Shown here: positions 15,865 to 24,695 of the stretch, one piece after another
Numbering within the stretch: the first letter of the stretch is position 1
Layout: each line of letters starts with the position of its first letter
The notes under the pieces: model-generated
The model's input: only the letters and a program-made list of their open reading frames with translations
Told to the model about the DNA's origin: nothing
Database searches by the model: none
Translations under genes and position numbers: made by a program
NCBI GenBank assembly: GCA_030594675.1
Contig: JAUVES010000001.1
Location: 1 to 49,721, forward strand
From: Candidatus Nanohaloarchaea archaeon
GTDB lineage: Archaea > EX4484-52 > GLR71
Reading direction: 5' to 3'
Length of the DNA stretch: 49,721 bases

Positions 15865-17223
15865 ATGTCTAAAGACGATCTAATACTGAAAATAAGTAAC
15901 ATAGAGTTTATTGAAATACCAATTGATAAGATAGAAGTAACTGATAGATTTAGAGAAGACCTTGGTGATATAGATGCTCTGGCGTCTTCAATTTCCAAGG
16001 AAGGTCTAATTCAGCCAGTGGCAATCTGCAAAAATTCTGCAGAATCGTCAACCGTCTTTCCCTACAAGCTTCTTGCTGGCGGTCGCCGTTATGCAGCCTT
16101 AAGTCACATTGCTAAGACTCATGGACTTGAAACTATCTCTTGTCGACTTTATCCTGGTGAGCTATCAGAACTCCAAATGCGTATGCTTGAGTTCGCTGAA
16201 AACCTCTATCGCAAAGACATGACATGGCAAGAGGAAGATCGTCTCAAACGCCGTATCTATGAGCTCCAACAACAGATTCAGGGTAAAAAGACCTCAACAG
16301 CTAAGAACGCTCCAGGCTTCTCCCTTGCTGATATGTCTAAGATGACTGGAAGCTCAAAGGGAAGCCTCAGTGAGTCTATTTCGCTTGCTAAAATGATGGA
16401 ATCAACTCCTGGCGTAAACTGGGACGGTTTTAAGACTCGCAGTGATGCAATGAAGGCAGTCAAGGGTGCGAAGAAAGTCGTCCAACAATCTGCCGATGCT
16501 AAGATTGCAGTTGCGTCTATGGGCGAAGGAGATACAAAGAAAAAGAAACTCATCAACAGCTATCACGTCAAAGACTTTTTTGAGGGAGTAAAGAAGATCG
16601 GCAACAACACTATTGATTTTATTGAGATTGATCCCCCATATTCTATTGATCTAAAGAACGTCAAGAAAGATTACGACTACAGTAGCTATACTGAAATTCA
16701 TCCTGACAAATACTCTGATTTTATGCTTAGCTTATTTAGAGAATCTTACCGTGTCTTAAAGCCCAATAGTTGGATGATCTGTTGGTTCGGTTCTGAGCCA
16801 TGGCATGAGAAAATCTATCAGTGGCTAGTCAGCAGTAAGTTTCAGACAACTAGACTCTGCGGAATTTGGGTAAAGGGTCAAGGTCAAAGCCTTAATCCAG
16901 ATCGTTGTCTAGCTAACAGTTATGAGACATTCTTTTATGCGAGAAAAGGCTCTCCAATGCTAAATAGACCGGGCTCAACTAATGTTTTTGACTATAGTCC
17001 AATACCTCCACAGTTAAAGGTACATCCAACAGAACGTTCTATCGAATTGATGGAAGATATTTTAACAACTTTTACAGCTCCTAACGCTAATGTCTTAGTT
17101 CCATTTGCAGGCTCTGGAAATACTCTTATCGCAGCTGCTAAACAACAGATGATACCTATAGGATTTGATTTAGCTAAAGAGTACCAGGAGTCTTACTCAA
17201 TTAAGATTCACAAAATGTTTTAG
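15865..17223 (+). CDS. ParB/Srx domain + HTH + N6A/N4C DNA methyltransferase fusion
   Basis: GLIQPV...LLAGGRRYAA...EN (ParB), SLADMSKMTGSSKGSLSESI (HTH), DPPY before HPTE and PFAGSG (beta-class methyltransferase). Confidence 0.88.
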   Translation: MSKDDLILKISNIEFIEIPIDKIEVTDRFREDLGDIDALASSISKEGLIQPVAICKNSAESSTVFPYKLLAGGRRYAALSHIAKTHGLETISCRLYPGELSELQMRMLEFAENLYRKDMTWQEEDRLKRRIYELQQQIQGKKTSTAKNAPGFSLADMSKMTGSSKGSLSESISLAKMMESTPGVNWDGFKTRSDAMKAVKGAKKVVQQSADAKIAVASMGEGDTKKKKLINSYHVKDFFEGVKKIGNNTIDFIEIDPPYSIDLKNVKKDYDYSSYTEIHPDKYSDFMLSLFRESYRVLKPNSWMICWFGSEPWHEKIYQWLVSSKFQTTRLCGIWVKGQGQSLNPDRCLANSYETFFYARKGSPMLNRPGSTNVFDYSPIPPQLKVHPTERSIELMEDILTTFTAPNANVLVPFAGSGNTLIAAAKQQMIPIGFDLAKEYQESYSIKIHKMF

Positions 17224-17231
17224 GAGATAAT

Positions 17232-19856
17232 ATGAAACTACCCTCATCTAGAACTCTCGTTCCGCCATCAGGCCGTCTTGATGCTAAGTATGTGCTCGTA
17301 GGCGAGCAACCAGGCAAAGTCGAAGTACGTGATAGAAAACCTTTCACTGGGCCTGCAGGTAATGAGTTGAATAGAGATCTAAACTCTGCCTTTATAAGTA
17401 GGCCTCTCTGCTATCTGACAAACGTCTTAAAGGATCTAGACCAGCCATCAGAGAGTTATATTCAGCTCTACAAAAACAAACGGCTTTTAAAGGAACCTAT
17501 CATTAGTGAAAAAGGTCAAGCTTATATTGACTTTCTCCAATGGGAGCTCAGGCAAACCACCACAAAAGTCTTCGGTGCTATCGGAGCTATCTCAATGTAC
17601 GTGCTAACTGGTAAGATTGGAATCCAAAAGTGGCGAGGCTCAATTCTCGACTGCACGCTTGTCGAAGGCAGAAAAGTCATACCTCTTCTGCATCCAGCCA
17701 CGGTCATAGCTCCAAAATATAATTATCTCAACCGCCGTCTGATAGTTTTTGATCTAAAGCGTTTAAATGAACTGGCTTCAGATCTTTACATTCCAACTGA
17801 ACGTGAGATTATCATCGAACCTACGTTCACACAGACAATGGAGTTTTTAGAATTCTGTCTAACCGAAGGTCTTCGTGGAAACAGAGTCAGTTATGATATC
17901 GAAGTCTATATGAAGCGAGTTCATAAGGAAATCTCTTGTATTGCTTTCGCTGTTGGTCTTCGTTCTATCTGCATTCCCTTTGCAAACGCAAGCGGAGACT
18001 ATTTTCTCCTCGATCAAGAAGCCGCTGTTTGGAAGAAAATAGCTGAGATTCTCGAACACCCAGATATTCGCATCGTGGCTCAGAACATAACTTTTGATAG
18101 CCACTTCTTGCTCCGAACCTATGGAATCTGCGTAAACAATCTTGATGACACAATGGTAGCTCAGAATATTATTCTCTCAGATTATCCAAAAGGCCTTCAT
18201 TTTATAACTAATCTTTTCACTGATCATCCTTATTATAAAGACGATGGAAAAGACTTTGTAGGCACAAGCTCTGAAAACTACAAACAATACTGGCGCTACA
18301 ACGCTACTGATGCCATCATATGCTCCGAAGCTATGCCTAAGCAGATAGAAGAAATTAATCGTCTTAATGATCTTTCAATCTATCATAATCAAATCAAGAT
18401 CATCAGCCCTCTCGTCTACATGATGGAGCGAGGAATAAAAGTAGACGTTGAGGGAATGCAAAAACTCTGTTCGGAATATGAACAAAGAATAAATGAAAAT
18501 CAACTAGAACTGAATAAGCTTGTCGGAGAGCCTCTCAATGCTAAGAGTCCTAAGCAGTTAAAAGAATATTTCTTCGGAAAGAAAAATATCCAGCCATATA
18601 AAGAGAAAGGCGCCATTACCTATAACGATCTCGCTATGACAAGACTCAAAAGAAGAGGCTTTAAGGAAGCTGAATACATTCAGGCAATAAGACGCTTTAC
18701 TAAGCTTCGATCTACATATCTGGATATTACAAAGATTGACGAAGATGGTCGTTGGAGATGTAGCTTCAACCCTGCTGGAACTCGCTTTAGTCGCCTAAGT
18801 TCTAGCGCTAACATTTGGGGAAGTGGTGGAAACACTCAAAACATTCCTCATGATTTGCAAGAGTTCTTCCTCCCTGACGAAGGTTATGTTTATTATGCAT
18901 TCGATTTAGAACAAGCTGAGAATCGAATCGTAGCTTATGTTGGTGAGATAATCGAGATGATAGAATGCTTCGAGAAAGATATTGACGTTCATGCCAGAAC
19001 CGGCAGAATGATAATGAATATCTTTTATAATGGAAAGATCCCAGAAGACGTCAACGTCAGAGATCTCTGCCACTTTGGCGATGGTACTCATACATGGAGG
19101 GACTGGGGAAAGAAAGCTAACCATGGCTTCAATTATGATTGGAGTTACAAAGCATTTGCCCTTAAAAATGAGATGGCTGAGAAAGACGGCAAACTCGTCT
19201 ATGATGGTTATCACAAGCTATATCCAGGCGTCCAACAGAACTTTCACGCATATGTCAGACATCAGTTGAGAACTACACGTTCACTTACGAATCTTATGGG
19301 CAGAAAAACACTTTTCATGAATGCCCTCAAAGGCCCTATGGCAGATAATACGTTTAAGGAAGCTTATAGTTGTATTCCACAAGGCACAGTTGGAGATATT
19401 ATAAACAAACGAGGCCTTAATTATATCTATTATAACCAGTTATTATTTTCATCAATCGAACTTCTTAGACAAGTCCATGACGAAATAGGCTTCCAGATTC
19501 CCTTAAAAGTCCCTTGGGTTGTTCATGCTCAAATGCTTCTACAGATAAAAAATAGTCTTGAACAGCCTTTGAAAACTCACAATGGCCGGAGCTTCGTTAT
19601 ACCAGCAGGTCTGACAATGGGAAAGACCTTGAACAAGTCTAGCAAAGTTTCATGTAGAGATATAGACATGTCTTCAAAAAATATATGGCTGGCAGACCCT
19701 GATAAGATAAATATGAAAGATTTAGAAGACCTAAACAAACCTGGTAAAGTCATAAGATATACTGGAAATATAAATGATTGTGCACAACCCTTAGACAGCG
19801 CAGAGATTCTTGCAAAAACCTTAGAAAAGACCTGGGAGGAGCTAAACAATGCCTAA
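17232..19856 (+). CDS. Family A DNA polymerase with N-terminal uracil-DNA glycosylase-like domain and 3'-5' exonuclease
   Basis: GEQPG..E...PFTGPAG and HPA (UDG family 4-like); YDIE, NITFD and YNATD (exonuclease); DLEQAENR, KKANHGFNY and QVHDE (polymerase motifs A/B/C). Confidence 0.93.
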   Translation: MKLPSSRTLVPPSGRLDAKYVLVGEQPGKVEVRDRKPFTGPAGNELNRDLNSAFISRPLCYLTNVLKDLDQPSESYIQLYKNKRLLKEPIISEKGQAYIDFLQWELRQTTTKVFGAIGAISMYVLTGKIGIQKWRGSILDCTLVEGRKVIPLLHPATVIAPKYNYLNRRLIVFDLKRLNELASDLYIPTEREIIIEPTFTQTMEFLEFCLTEGLRGNRVSYDIEVYMKRVHKEISCIAFAVGLRSICIPFANASGDYFLLDQEAAVWKKIAEILEHPDIRIVAQNITFDSHFLLRTYGICVNNLDDTMVAQNIILSDYPKGLHFITNLFTDHPYYKDDGKDFVGTSSENYKQYWRYNATDAIICSEAMPKQIEEINRLNDLSIYHNQIKIISPLVYMMERGIKVDVEGMQKLCSEYEQRINENQLELNKLVGEPLNAKSPKQLKEYFFGKKNIQPYKEKGAITYNDLAMTRLKRRGFKEAEYIQAIRRFTKLRSTYLDITKIDEDGRWRCSFNPAGTRFSRLSSSANIWGSGGNTQNIPHDLQEFFLPDEGYVYYAFDLEQAENRIVAYVGEIIEMIECFEKDIDVHARTGRMIMNIFYNGKIPEDVNVRDLCHFGDGTHTWRDWGKKANHGFNYDWSYKAFALKNEMAEKDGKLVYDGYHKLYPGVQQNFHAYVRHQLRTTRSLTNLMGRKTLFMNALKGPMADNTFKEAYSCIPQGTVGDIINKRGLNYIYYNQLLFSSIELLRQVHDEIGFQIPLKVPWVVHAQMLLQIKNSLEQPLKTHNGRSFVIPAGLTMGKTLNKSSKVSCRDIDMSSKNIWLADPDKINMKDLEDLNKPGKVIRYTGNINDCAQPLDSAEILAKTLEKTWEELNNA
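18465..18487. repeat. 23-bp palindrome, copy 8 (CTCTGTTC GGAATAT GAACAAAG)
   Basis: Consensus match inside the polymerase CDS. Confidence 0.8.
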
Positions 19857-20031
19857 CTCAATAGACAGATCAATAGAAATTCAAAATGAACTAAAGGCTA
19901 TGGCACTTTCTATATTTTATAAGATTCGAAAATACTTGCCGCCAAAAGTTATGAATGATTATCTGTGGAGTACTCATGAGGAATTCAGTAATAAGTATAT
20001 GAAAAGCCTACCAGAAAAGGAGATCTTATGA
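19849..20031 (+). CDS. Hypothetical protein
   Basis: GGAGG RBS. Confidence 0.6.
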   Translation: MPNSIDRSIEIQNELKAMALSIFYKIRKYLPPKVMNDYLWSTHEEFSNKYMKSLPEKEIL

Positions 20032-20204
20032 TGAACAAAGCAACTTATGACCGAATAATGGAAGAAGTTAAAAGTCGAACTGGAGCTAACAAAGGAGATA
20101 AAGCTTATTTTCAAAAAGATATTTTAGAACTAGTCTCAACCAGTATCAAGGTTGCAATAGCAGAAGAACTCTTAAATCGGAACTGTTGTAAACATGACAG
20201 ATAA
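20028..20204 (+). CDS. Hypothetical protein (58 aa)
   Basis: AGGAG RBS; ATGA overlap. Confidence 0.55.
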   Translation: MMNKATYDRIMEEVKSRTGANKGDKAYFQKDILELVSTSIKVAIAEELLNRNCCKHDR

Positions 20205-21417
20205 AAGAATCTTAGACGACTGGATTGAAAGCTACATGCAATATACCTTTGATGAAGAGCCTCCTGTGATGTTCAACCGCTGGATGGCCATCTCAGTTAT
20301 TGCAGCTGCGCTTCAGCGAAAATGCTGCTTGAGATGGGGCTCCTTGATCTTTTATCCTAATTTTTATATCATCTTAGTCGCACCTGCTGGCAGAGCTCGT
20401 AAGGGAACATCTATGGCGATCGCAGAAAAGTATATTTCTGAGATGATGATTCCCCTTTCGCCTGACACTACGTCACTTCAAGCTCTCATAAGTCGAATGT
20501 GTGAGTGTACTAACACCGAGGAGGAAACTGAAGAAGGTTATTTTGAATCTCACTCCTCGCTTACAGCTTTTGCTCCTGAGCTAACAGTTTTTCTTGGCTA
20601 TGCAAACAAGGAGCTCATAAGTGCCCTCTGTGACTTTTATGACTGCCGACCACGCTTTGAATACAGAACAATAAGTCGTGGCATTGAAGAGATCGTTGGT
20701 GTTTATCTCAACCTTATCGGAGCCACCACACCTGAACTCATAAAAGGCTCTATGTCAGCTGAGACAATCGGCACGGGCTTGCCAAGTCGAATGATCTTCG
20801 TCTATGAACACAAGATTGAGAAGCGTGTCGTCTGTCCATTCTACATGCTATCACCGGAGGGCCAAGAGCTTAAGAGAAAACTCATCGAGGATTTGACAAA
20901 AATAAGATCCCTAAAGGGAGACTTTAAGGTCTCTAAGGACTTCCTTGGCTATTGGACAGAATGGTATGGCAACTATCCAGACGAGTGTCCTTTCGATCCT
21001 GCTCACTTCGGCTCCTATTGGGAACGTAAGCCTGCTCATGTTATGAAACTCAGTATGGTCATGAGTGCTAGTCGTTCTAATGACAAGATTATTCAGGTCT
21101 CAGATCTAAAACGAGCAATAGAACTGATTGAAATGACTGAACATAAAATGCCTTATGTTTTTCAACAAGTCGGAACTAGTTCTCAGGCTGAAAACATCCA
21201 GAGAGTTATGAACTTTATTGCAATCAAAAAGACTGTCTCAACTAAAACTCTGATGAAGGAATTTATAATGTTCGTAACTCAAACAGAACTCGATGGCATT
21301 CTTAGTGCTCTTCACATGAGTGGCTTCATTGGCGCTCCAACTATAAAAGATGGTCTGACAATCATCAGGCATAAAGATCCAACAGAAAGAGGTTTAGATG
21401 CAAATACGCTTAGATGA
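20194..21417 (+). CDS. DUF3987-like P-loop protein (replication-associated, putative helicase)
   Basis: YIILVAPAGRARKGT, LCDFYD, LIGATTP and GLPSRMIFV motifs. Confidence 0.7.
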   Translation: MTDKRILDDWIESYMQYTFDEEPPVMFNRWMAISVIAAALQRKCCLRWGSLIFYPNFYIILVAPAGRARKGTSMAIAEKYISEMMIPLSPDTTSLQALISRMCECTNTEEETEEGYFESHSSLTAFAPELTVFLGYANKELISALCDFYDCRPRFEYRTISRGIEEIVGVYLNLIGATTPELIKGSMSAETIGTGLPSRMIFVYEHKIEKRVVCPFYMLSPEGQELKRKLIEDLTKIRSLKGDFKVSKDFLGYWTEWYGNYPDECPFDPAHFGSYWERKPAHVMKLSMVMSASRSNDKIIQVSDLKRAIELIEMTEHKMPYVFQQVGTSSQAENIQRVMNFIAIKKTVSTKTLMKEFIMFVTQTELDGILSALHMSGFIGAPTIKDGLTIIRHKDPTERGLDANTLR

Positions 21418-21610
21418 TGCAACTCCTTGTTGTGGCTTACAACCTTATTTAGACACCTGGGATGAAAATGAAATGAGAAGTATTCACTGTTCTAAGTGTG
21501 AAAGAAAAACAGGATCTTATTTTATGAGATCTATGGCATATGAGGAATGGGAGAATATGATGAAAACCTTTGTTCAAAATCCGAACGAAGATAAAGGAAA
21601 GGAGATCTAA
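21398..21610 (+). CDS. Small Cys-rich (Lar-like zinc ribbon) protein
   Basis: PCCG...CSKC...A..EWE pattern. Confidence 0.5.
   Translation: MQIRLDDATPCCGLQPYLDTWDENEMRSIHCSKCERKTGSYFMRSMAYEEWENMMKTFVQNPNEDKGKEI
21568..21590. repeat. 23-bp palindrome, copy 9 (CTTTGTTC AAAATCC GAACGAAG)
   Basis: Consensus match at the 3' end of a CDS. Confidence 0.9.
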
Positions 21611-21611
21611 A

Positions 21612-21821
21612 ATGAATGAAGAACAATTTAGACAACTTATGACAGTCTTAAAAGATATCAAAGAAGCTATTTTACTAAATGTGCCAATTGAAGAAGAACC
21701 CTTAGAACTAATTAGAAATATTCAATCAGCATTTTATCATCAACTAGAAGCTAAGACTGGTTGGGGAAGAAACGAAGTTAAAGAAATATTCGAAGCTGCT
21801 GTTGATAGTGTCATAGAATGA
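21612..21821 (+). CDS. Hypothetical protein
   Basis: AGGAG RBS; KTGWGRNE motif. Confidence 0.65.
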   Translation: MNEEQFRQLMTVLKDIKEAILLNVPIEEEPLELIRNIQSAFYHQLEAKTGWGRNEVKEIFEAAVDSVIE

Positions 21822-22135
21822 AACTTGATGATTTAAAAAGTATTGCTGCAATTCTTCACACTATATTTTGTGGTCGAGAACATGAGCTAAAGATGGAGAA
21901 CTTTGACTCCTCATCTGAAAAGTGCGGCTTTTATATTGAAACTTCTATTGACCGTTGCTGGGAGCTGAAAGAACACAAAGAATGGCTAGCTCAGGCACGG
22001 TGCTTTGTACAGATAGCACATCCAGTTTCTCCAGTGGAAATATTACAAGATCTTATTGAAGTACATAAACTGGCAACTAAATTAAAAGGAATTAATCCAA
22101 AACTCTTTAATTATGTTAAGATAATCTTTAGATAG
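21818..22135 (+). CDS. Hypothetical protein
   Basis: ATGA overlap; 105 aa. Confidence 0.6.
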   Translation: MKLDDLKSIAAILHTIFCGREHELKMENFDSSSEKCGFYIETSIDRCWELKEHKEWLAQARCFVQIAHPVSPVEILQDLIEVHKLATKLKGINPKLFNYVKIIFR

Positions 22136-22146
22136 GAGATGAAAAG

Positions 22147-22329
22147 ATGAAACCTGAAAATACTTTTACAGACCTTGGTATGGCAAACGCTTGGATAACA
22201 GTTCCAGAAATCATAACATCTTGTGTTGAGAAAAAGCACTCGCCAAAGAAGACTGGCGTAGGCCGTTGTCTGACTGAAGTCAGGTGTGAGCTTTGTGGGT
22301 ATAAATATCTAATAGATAGTAGTGACTAA
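22147..22329 (+). CDS. Small Cys-containing protein
   Basis: AGGAG RBS; C..H...RC...CELC. Confidence 0.6.
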   Translation: MKPENTFTDLGMANAWITVPEIITSCVEKKHSPKKTGVGRCLTEVRCELCGYKYLIDSSD

Positions 22330-22339
22330 GGAGGTAAAG

Positions 22340-22888
22340 ATGCTTAGAAAAAGCTGGGATAAATATTATTATGACATAGCTCTCAGAGTTTCAGAACGCT
22401 CACCTTGTCTGTCTTACAAAAGGGGAGCAATTCTCGTTAGGGATAAGATCATCATCTGCGAGGGCTATAACGGAGCAGCAAGAACTCTGCCACCTTGCGG
22501 CCCTGAGCGTCTCAAACACGACTACGTTTTAGCTCACCGCATGAACGATGCTATTAATCCAATATATGGAGATTCTGAAACTTGTCCTCGAAAGCGCTTA
22601 GGCTTTCTTCCAGGCCAAGGTCTTGAACACTGCCCCGCTGTTCATGCTGAGGCTAACTGCATTGCTAACGCTGCAAGGATGGGAATTTGTACTAAAGATT
22701 CGGATATATATCTTACTTTTGGAGTCCCTTGCAAAGACTGTCTGTCACTGTTGATTAATGCAGGAGTTAGAGAAATAGTAACTACTGGCCTAAACCGCTA
22801 TGATGCGTTGTCAGAATTTATAATCAAGATGTCAGAAGGAATTCTGAGCATTAGAACTTATGAGGAGAAAGAAGATGAAAATGATTAA
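22340..22888 (+). CDS. dCMP deaminase
   Basis: RSPC, GYNG, HAEAN and PCKDC zinc-deaminase motifs. Confidence 0.92.
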   Translation: MLRKSWDKYYYDIALRVSERSPCLSYKRGAILVRDKIIICEGYNGAARTLPPCGPERLKHDYVLAHRMNDAINPIYGDSETCPRKRLGFLPGQGLEHCPAVHAEANCIANAARMGICTKDSDIYLTFGVPCKDCLSLLINAGVREIVTTGLNRYDALSEFIIKMSEGILSIRTYEEKEDEND

Positions 22889-23111
22889 CTTAGGAGACGA
22901 AGTTGAGGATACTGTGACTGGTTTTAGAGGAATAGCTGTGGCCAAGCACATCTTTCTACATGGAATCTCAACTGTATCAGTTCAACCTCTGCTAGATTGT
23001 TATGGAATCTTACCTGAACATGAGATTTTTGCAGAAGCTCAGTTAAAGGTTCTAAAAAACTATATTAAAAAAGAACCTACAAAATTAGAAATAGCAAAGG
23101 AGACTATCTAA
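22875..23111 (+). CDS. Hypothetical phage protein
   Basis: LGDEVEDTVTGFRGI...VQP motif. Confidence 0.7.
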   Translation: MKMINLGDEVEDTVTGFRGIAVAKHIFLHGISTVSVQPLLDCYGILPEHEIFAEAQLKVLKNYIKKEPTKLEIAKETI

Positions 23112-23716
23112 TGGAACTATTTTTCGATGTTGAGACGAGTGGATTTATAGACAAAAAACTAGCTGCTACTCATAAAGATCAGGCTTGGGCTATGCAACTT
23201 GGATATATTCTCAGTGACAGAGATCGAATCTATACAGAGTTTAGTTCGCTTATAACTTCTAATGGGCGAGCTTGCAACTCTCATGCTCAAAGAGTTCATG
23301 GAATCTCAACTACTGACTGCGATAAAGGTGGGATGTCTGAAGCTAATATTCTCAACTCTGTCGTTCATGGCTTTTTTCTAGCTGATGTTCTTGTCGCTCA
23401 TAACTATACATTTGACATTGAGTTTATTGATCAGTTTATCTGGCGCAGCAATACGAAGTGGGCAGGCTTAAAGCAAATTCCCTTCTTTTGCACTATGAAA
23501 GAAACTACAAATCTTTGCAAGCTTCCTCAGCCAAAATATCCAGGAAAATTTAAGTGGCCTAAGCTCGAGGAGCTTTATAGTTTTCTCTTCAATGAACCGC
23601 TTGTTGGAGCTCATGATGCTCTAACAGATGTTCGGGCAACTCGAAGATGCTTCTACAAGCTTCAAGATGTTGGGTTTATGGGTGGGACTGATCAACTGAA
23701 ATCACTAGCCGGTTGA
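23111..23716 (+). CDS. DEDDh 3'-5' exonuclease (Pol III epsilon-like)
   Basis: FDVETSG, AHNYTFD and AHDALTD motifs. Confidence 0.9.
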   Translation: MELFFDVETSGFIDKKLAATHKDQAWAMQLGYILSDRDRIYTEFSSLITSNGRACNSHAQRVHGISTTDCDKGGMSEANILNSVVHGFFLADVLVAHNYTFDIEFIDQFIWRSNTKWAGLKQIPFFCTMKETTNLCKLPQPKYPGKFKWPKLEELYSFLFNEPLVGAHDALTDVRATRRCFYKLQDVGFMGGTDQLKSLAG

Positions 23717-23847
23717 ATATGCCCAAATTTCGACCGGATTAATGCCTAGAATCCATAATCAAATGTTCCTAATACAATTGGGTACGCCAACATTAAATGC
23801 CGGCATACGGGCAACTAAAAACCAGACGTTTTTGAAAGGAGATCAAG

Positions 23848-24210
23848 ATGAAACCTCAACCTCAACCTAAAACTATTGACGAAAGTATTCTCTACGAAGC
23901 ATTCAAGACAACTAACGGTGAGCGTCAAGATAGCTATGGAGCTCCAGAAGACAGCTTCAAAATTATAGCTAGTTTTTGGACAACTTATCTTGAAGACAAA
24001 TATGAGATAAATGAAGACATAGACTCTCTCGACGTAGCTCACATGATGACTCTCTTTAAAATTGCCCGCATGTTAGGTCAAAAACCAAACCGAGATAACT
24101 ATATCGACGCAGCTGGCTATCTTGCTATAGCCGCTGACCGTCTTATCAAATGGCCACAACAGAATCAAGAAGGAATAGCTGAGCCTCATGATCTAATAGT
24201 TGACATCTAA
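23848..24210 (+). CDS. DUF6378-like protein
   Basis: RQDSYGAPEDSF..IA..W...KIAR...DNYIDAAGY. Confidence 0.75.
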   Translation: MKPQPQPKTIDESILYEAFKTTNGERQDSYGAPEDSFKIIASFWTTYLEDKYEINEDIDSLDVAHMMTLFKIARMLGQKPNRDNYIDAAGYLAIAADRLIKWPQQNQEGIAEPHDLIVDI

Positions 24211-24331
24211 ATTTTCATTAGCTGTTATCTTTTGCAGCTTGGCTCAGATCGGTTGCGTCAGATGTTCGGAGCTCAGCAGGGTTTTCAGTCAGTTTACGAG
24301 GGCGCTGCGAAGCCGCCCGAAGGAGAATAAG

Positions 24332-24520
24332 ATGCTTACAATAAAAGATTTAATAAAAGAATTACTAGAATTAGATAATTTAGAACTTCAAATAGCATTT
24401 GATGCAACTTCTTTAGTTGACAATGCAGGCATAAACGGAGGACACCCAAATATAACAGAAGTCAAAACGACAGAAACAGGTGAAGACGAATATGTATTAC
24501 TTAAGTCAGATGAGATATAA
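24332..24520 (+). CDS. Hypothetical protein
   Basis: AGGAG RBS before MLTIKDLI. Confidence 0.6.
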   Translation: MLTIKDLIKELLELDNLELQIAFDATSLVDNAGINGGHPNITEVKTTETGEDEYVLLKSDEI

Positions 24521-24658
24521 GGAGAAACGAAATGAACATAAAGGAGGAATACTTTGTATAAGTTAGCAGGACTAAAACTTACAGAATTGGCAAACTATTT
24601 GTCACAGAATGCTTTCATAATAAGATTCTTATATCGACTAATGACTATTATTGCTCCA

Positions 24659-24681
24659 CTATGTTCGATTTTTGAACGAAG
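24659..24681. repeat. 23-bp palindrome, copy 10 (CTATGTTC GATTTTT GAACGAAG)
   Basis: Consensus match where the two gene arms converge. Confidence 0.9.
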
Positions 24682-24695
24682 GAAAAGAAAAAGAA

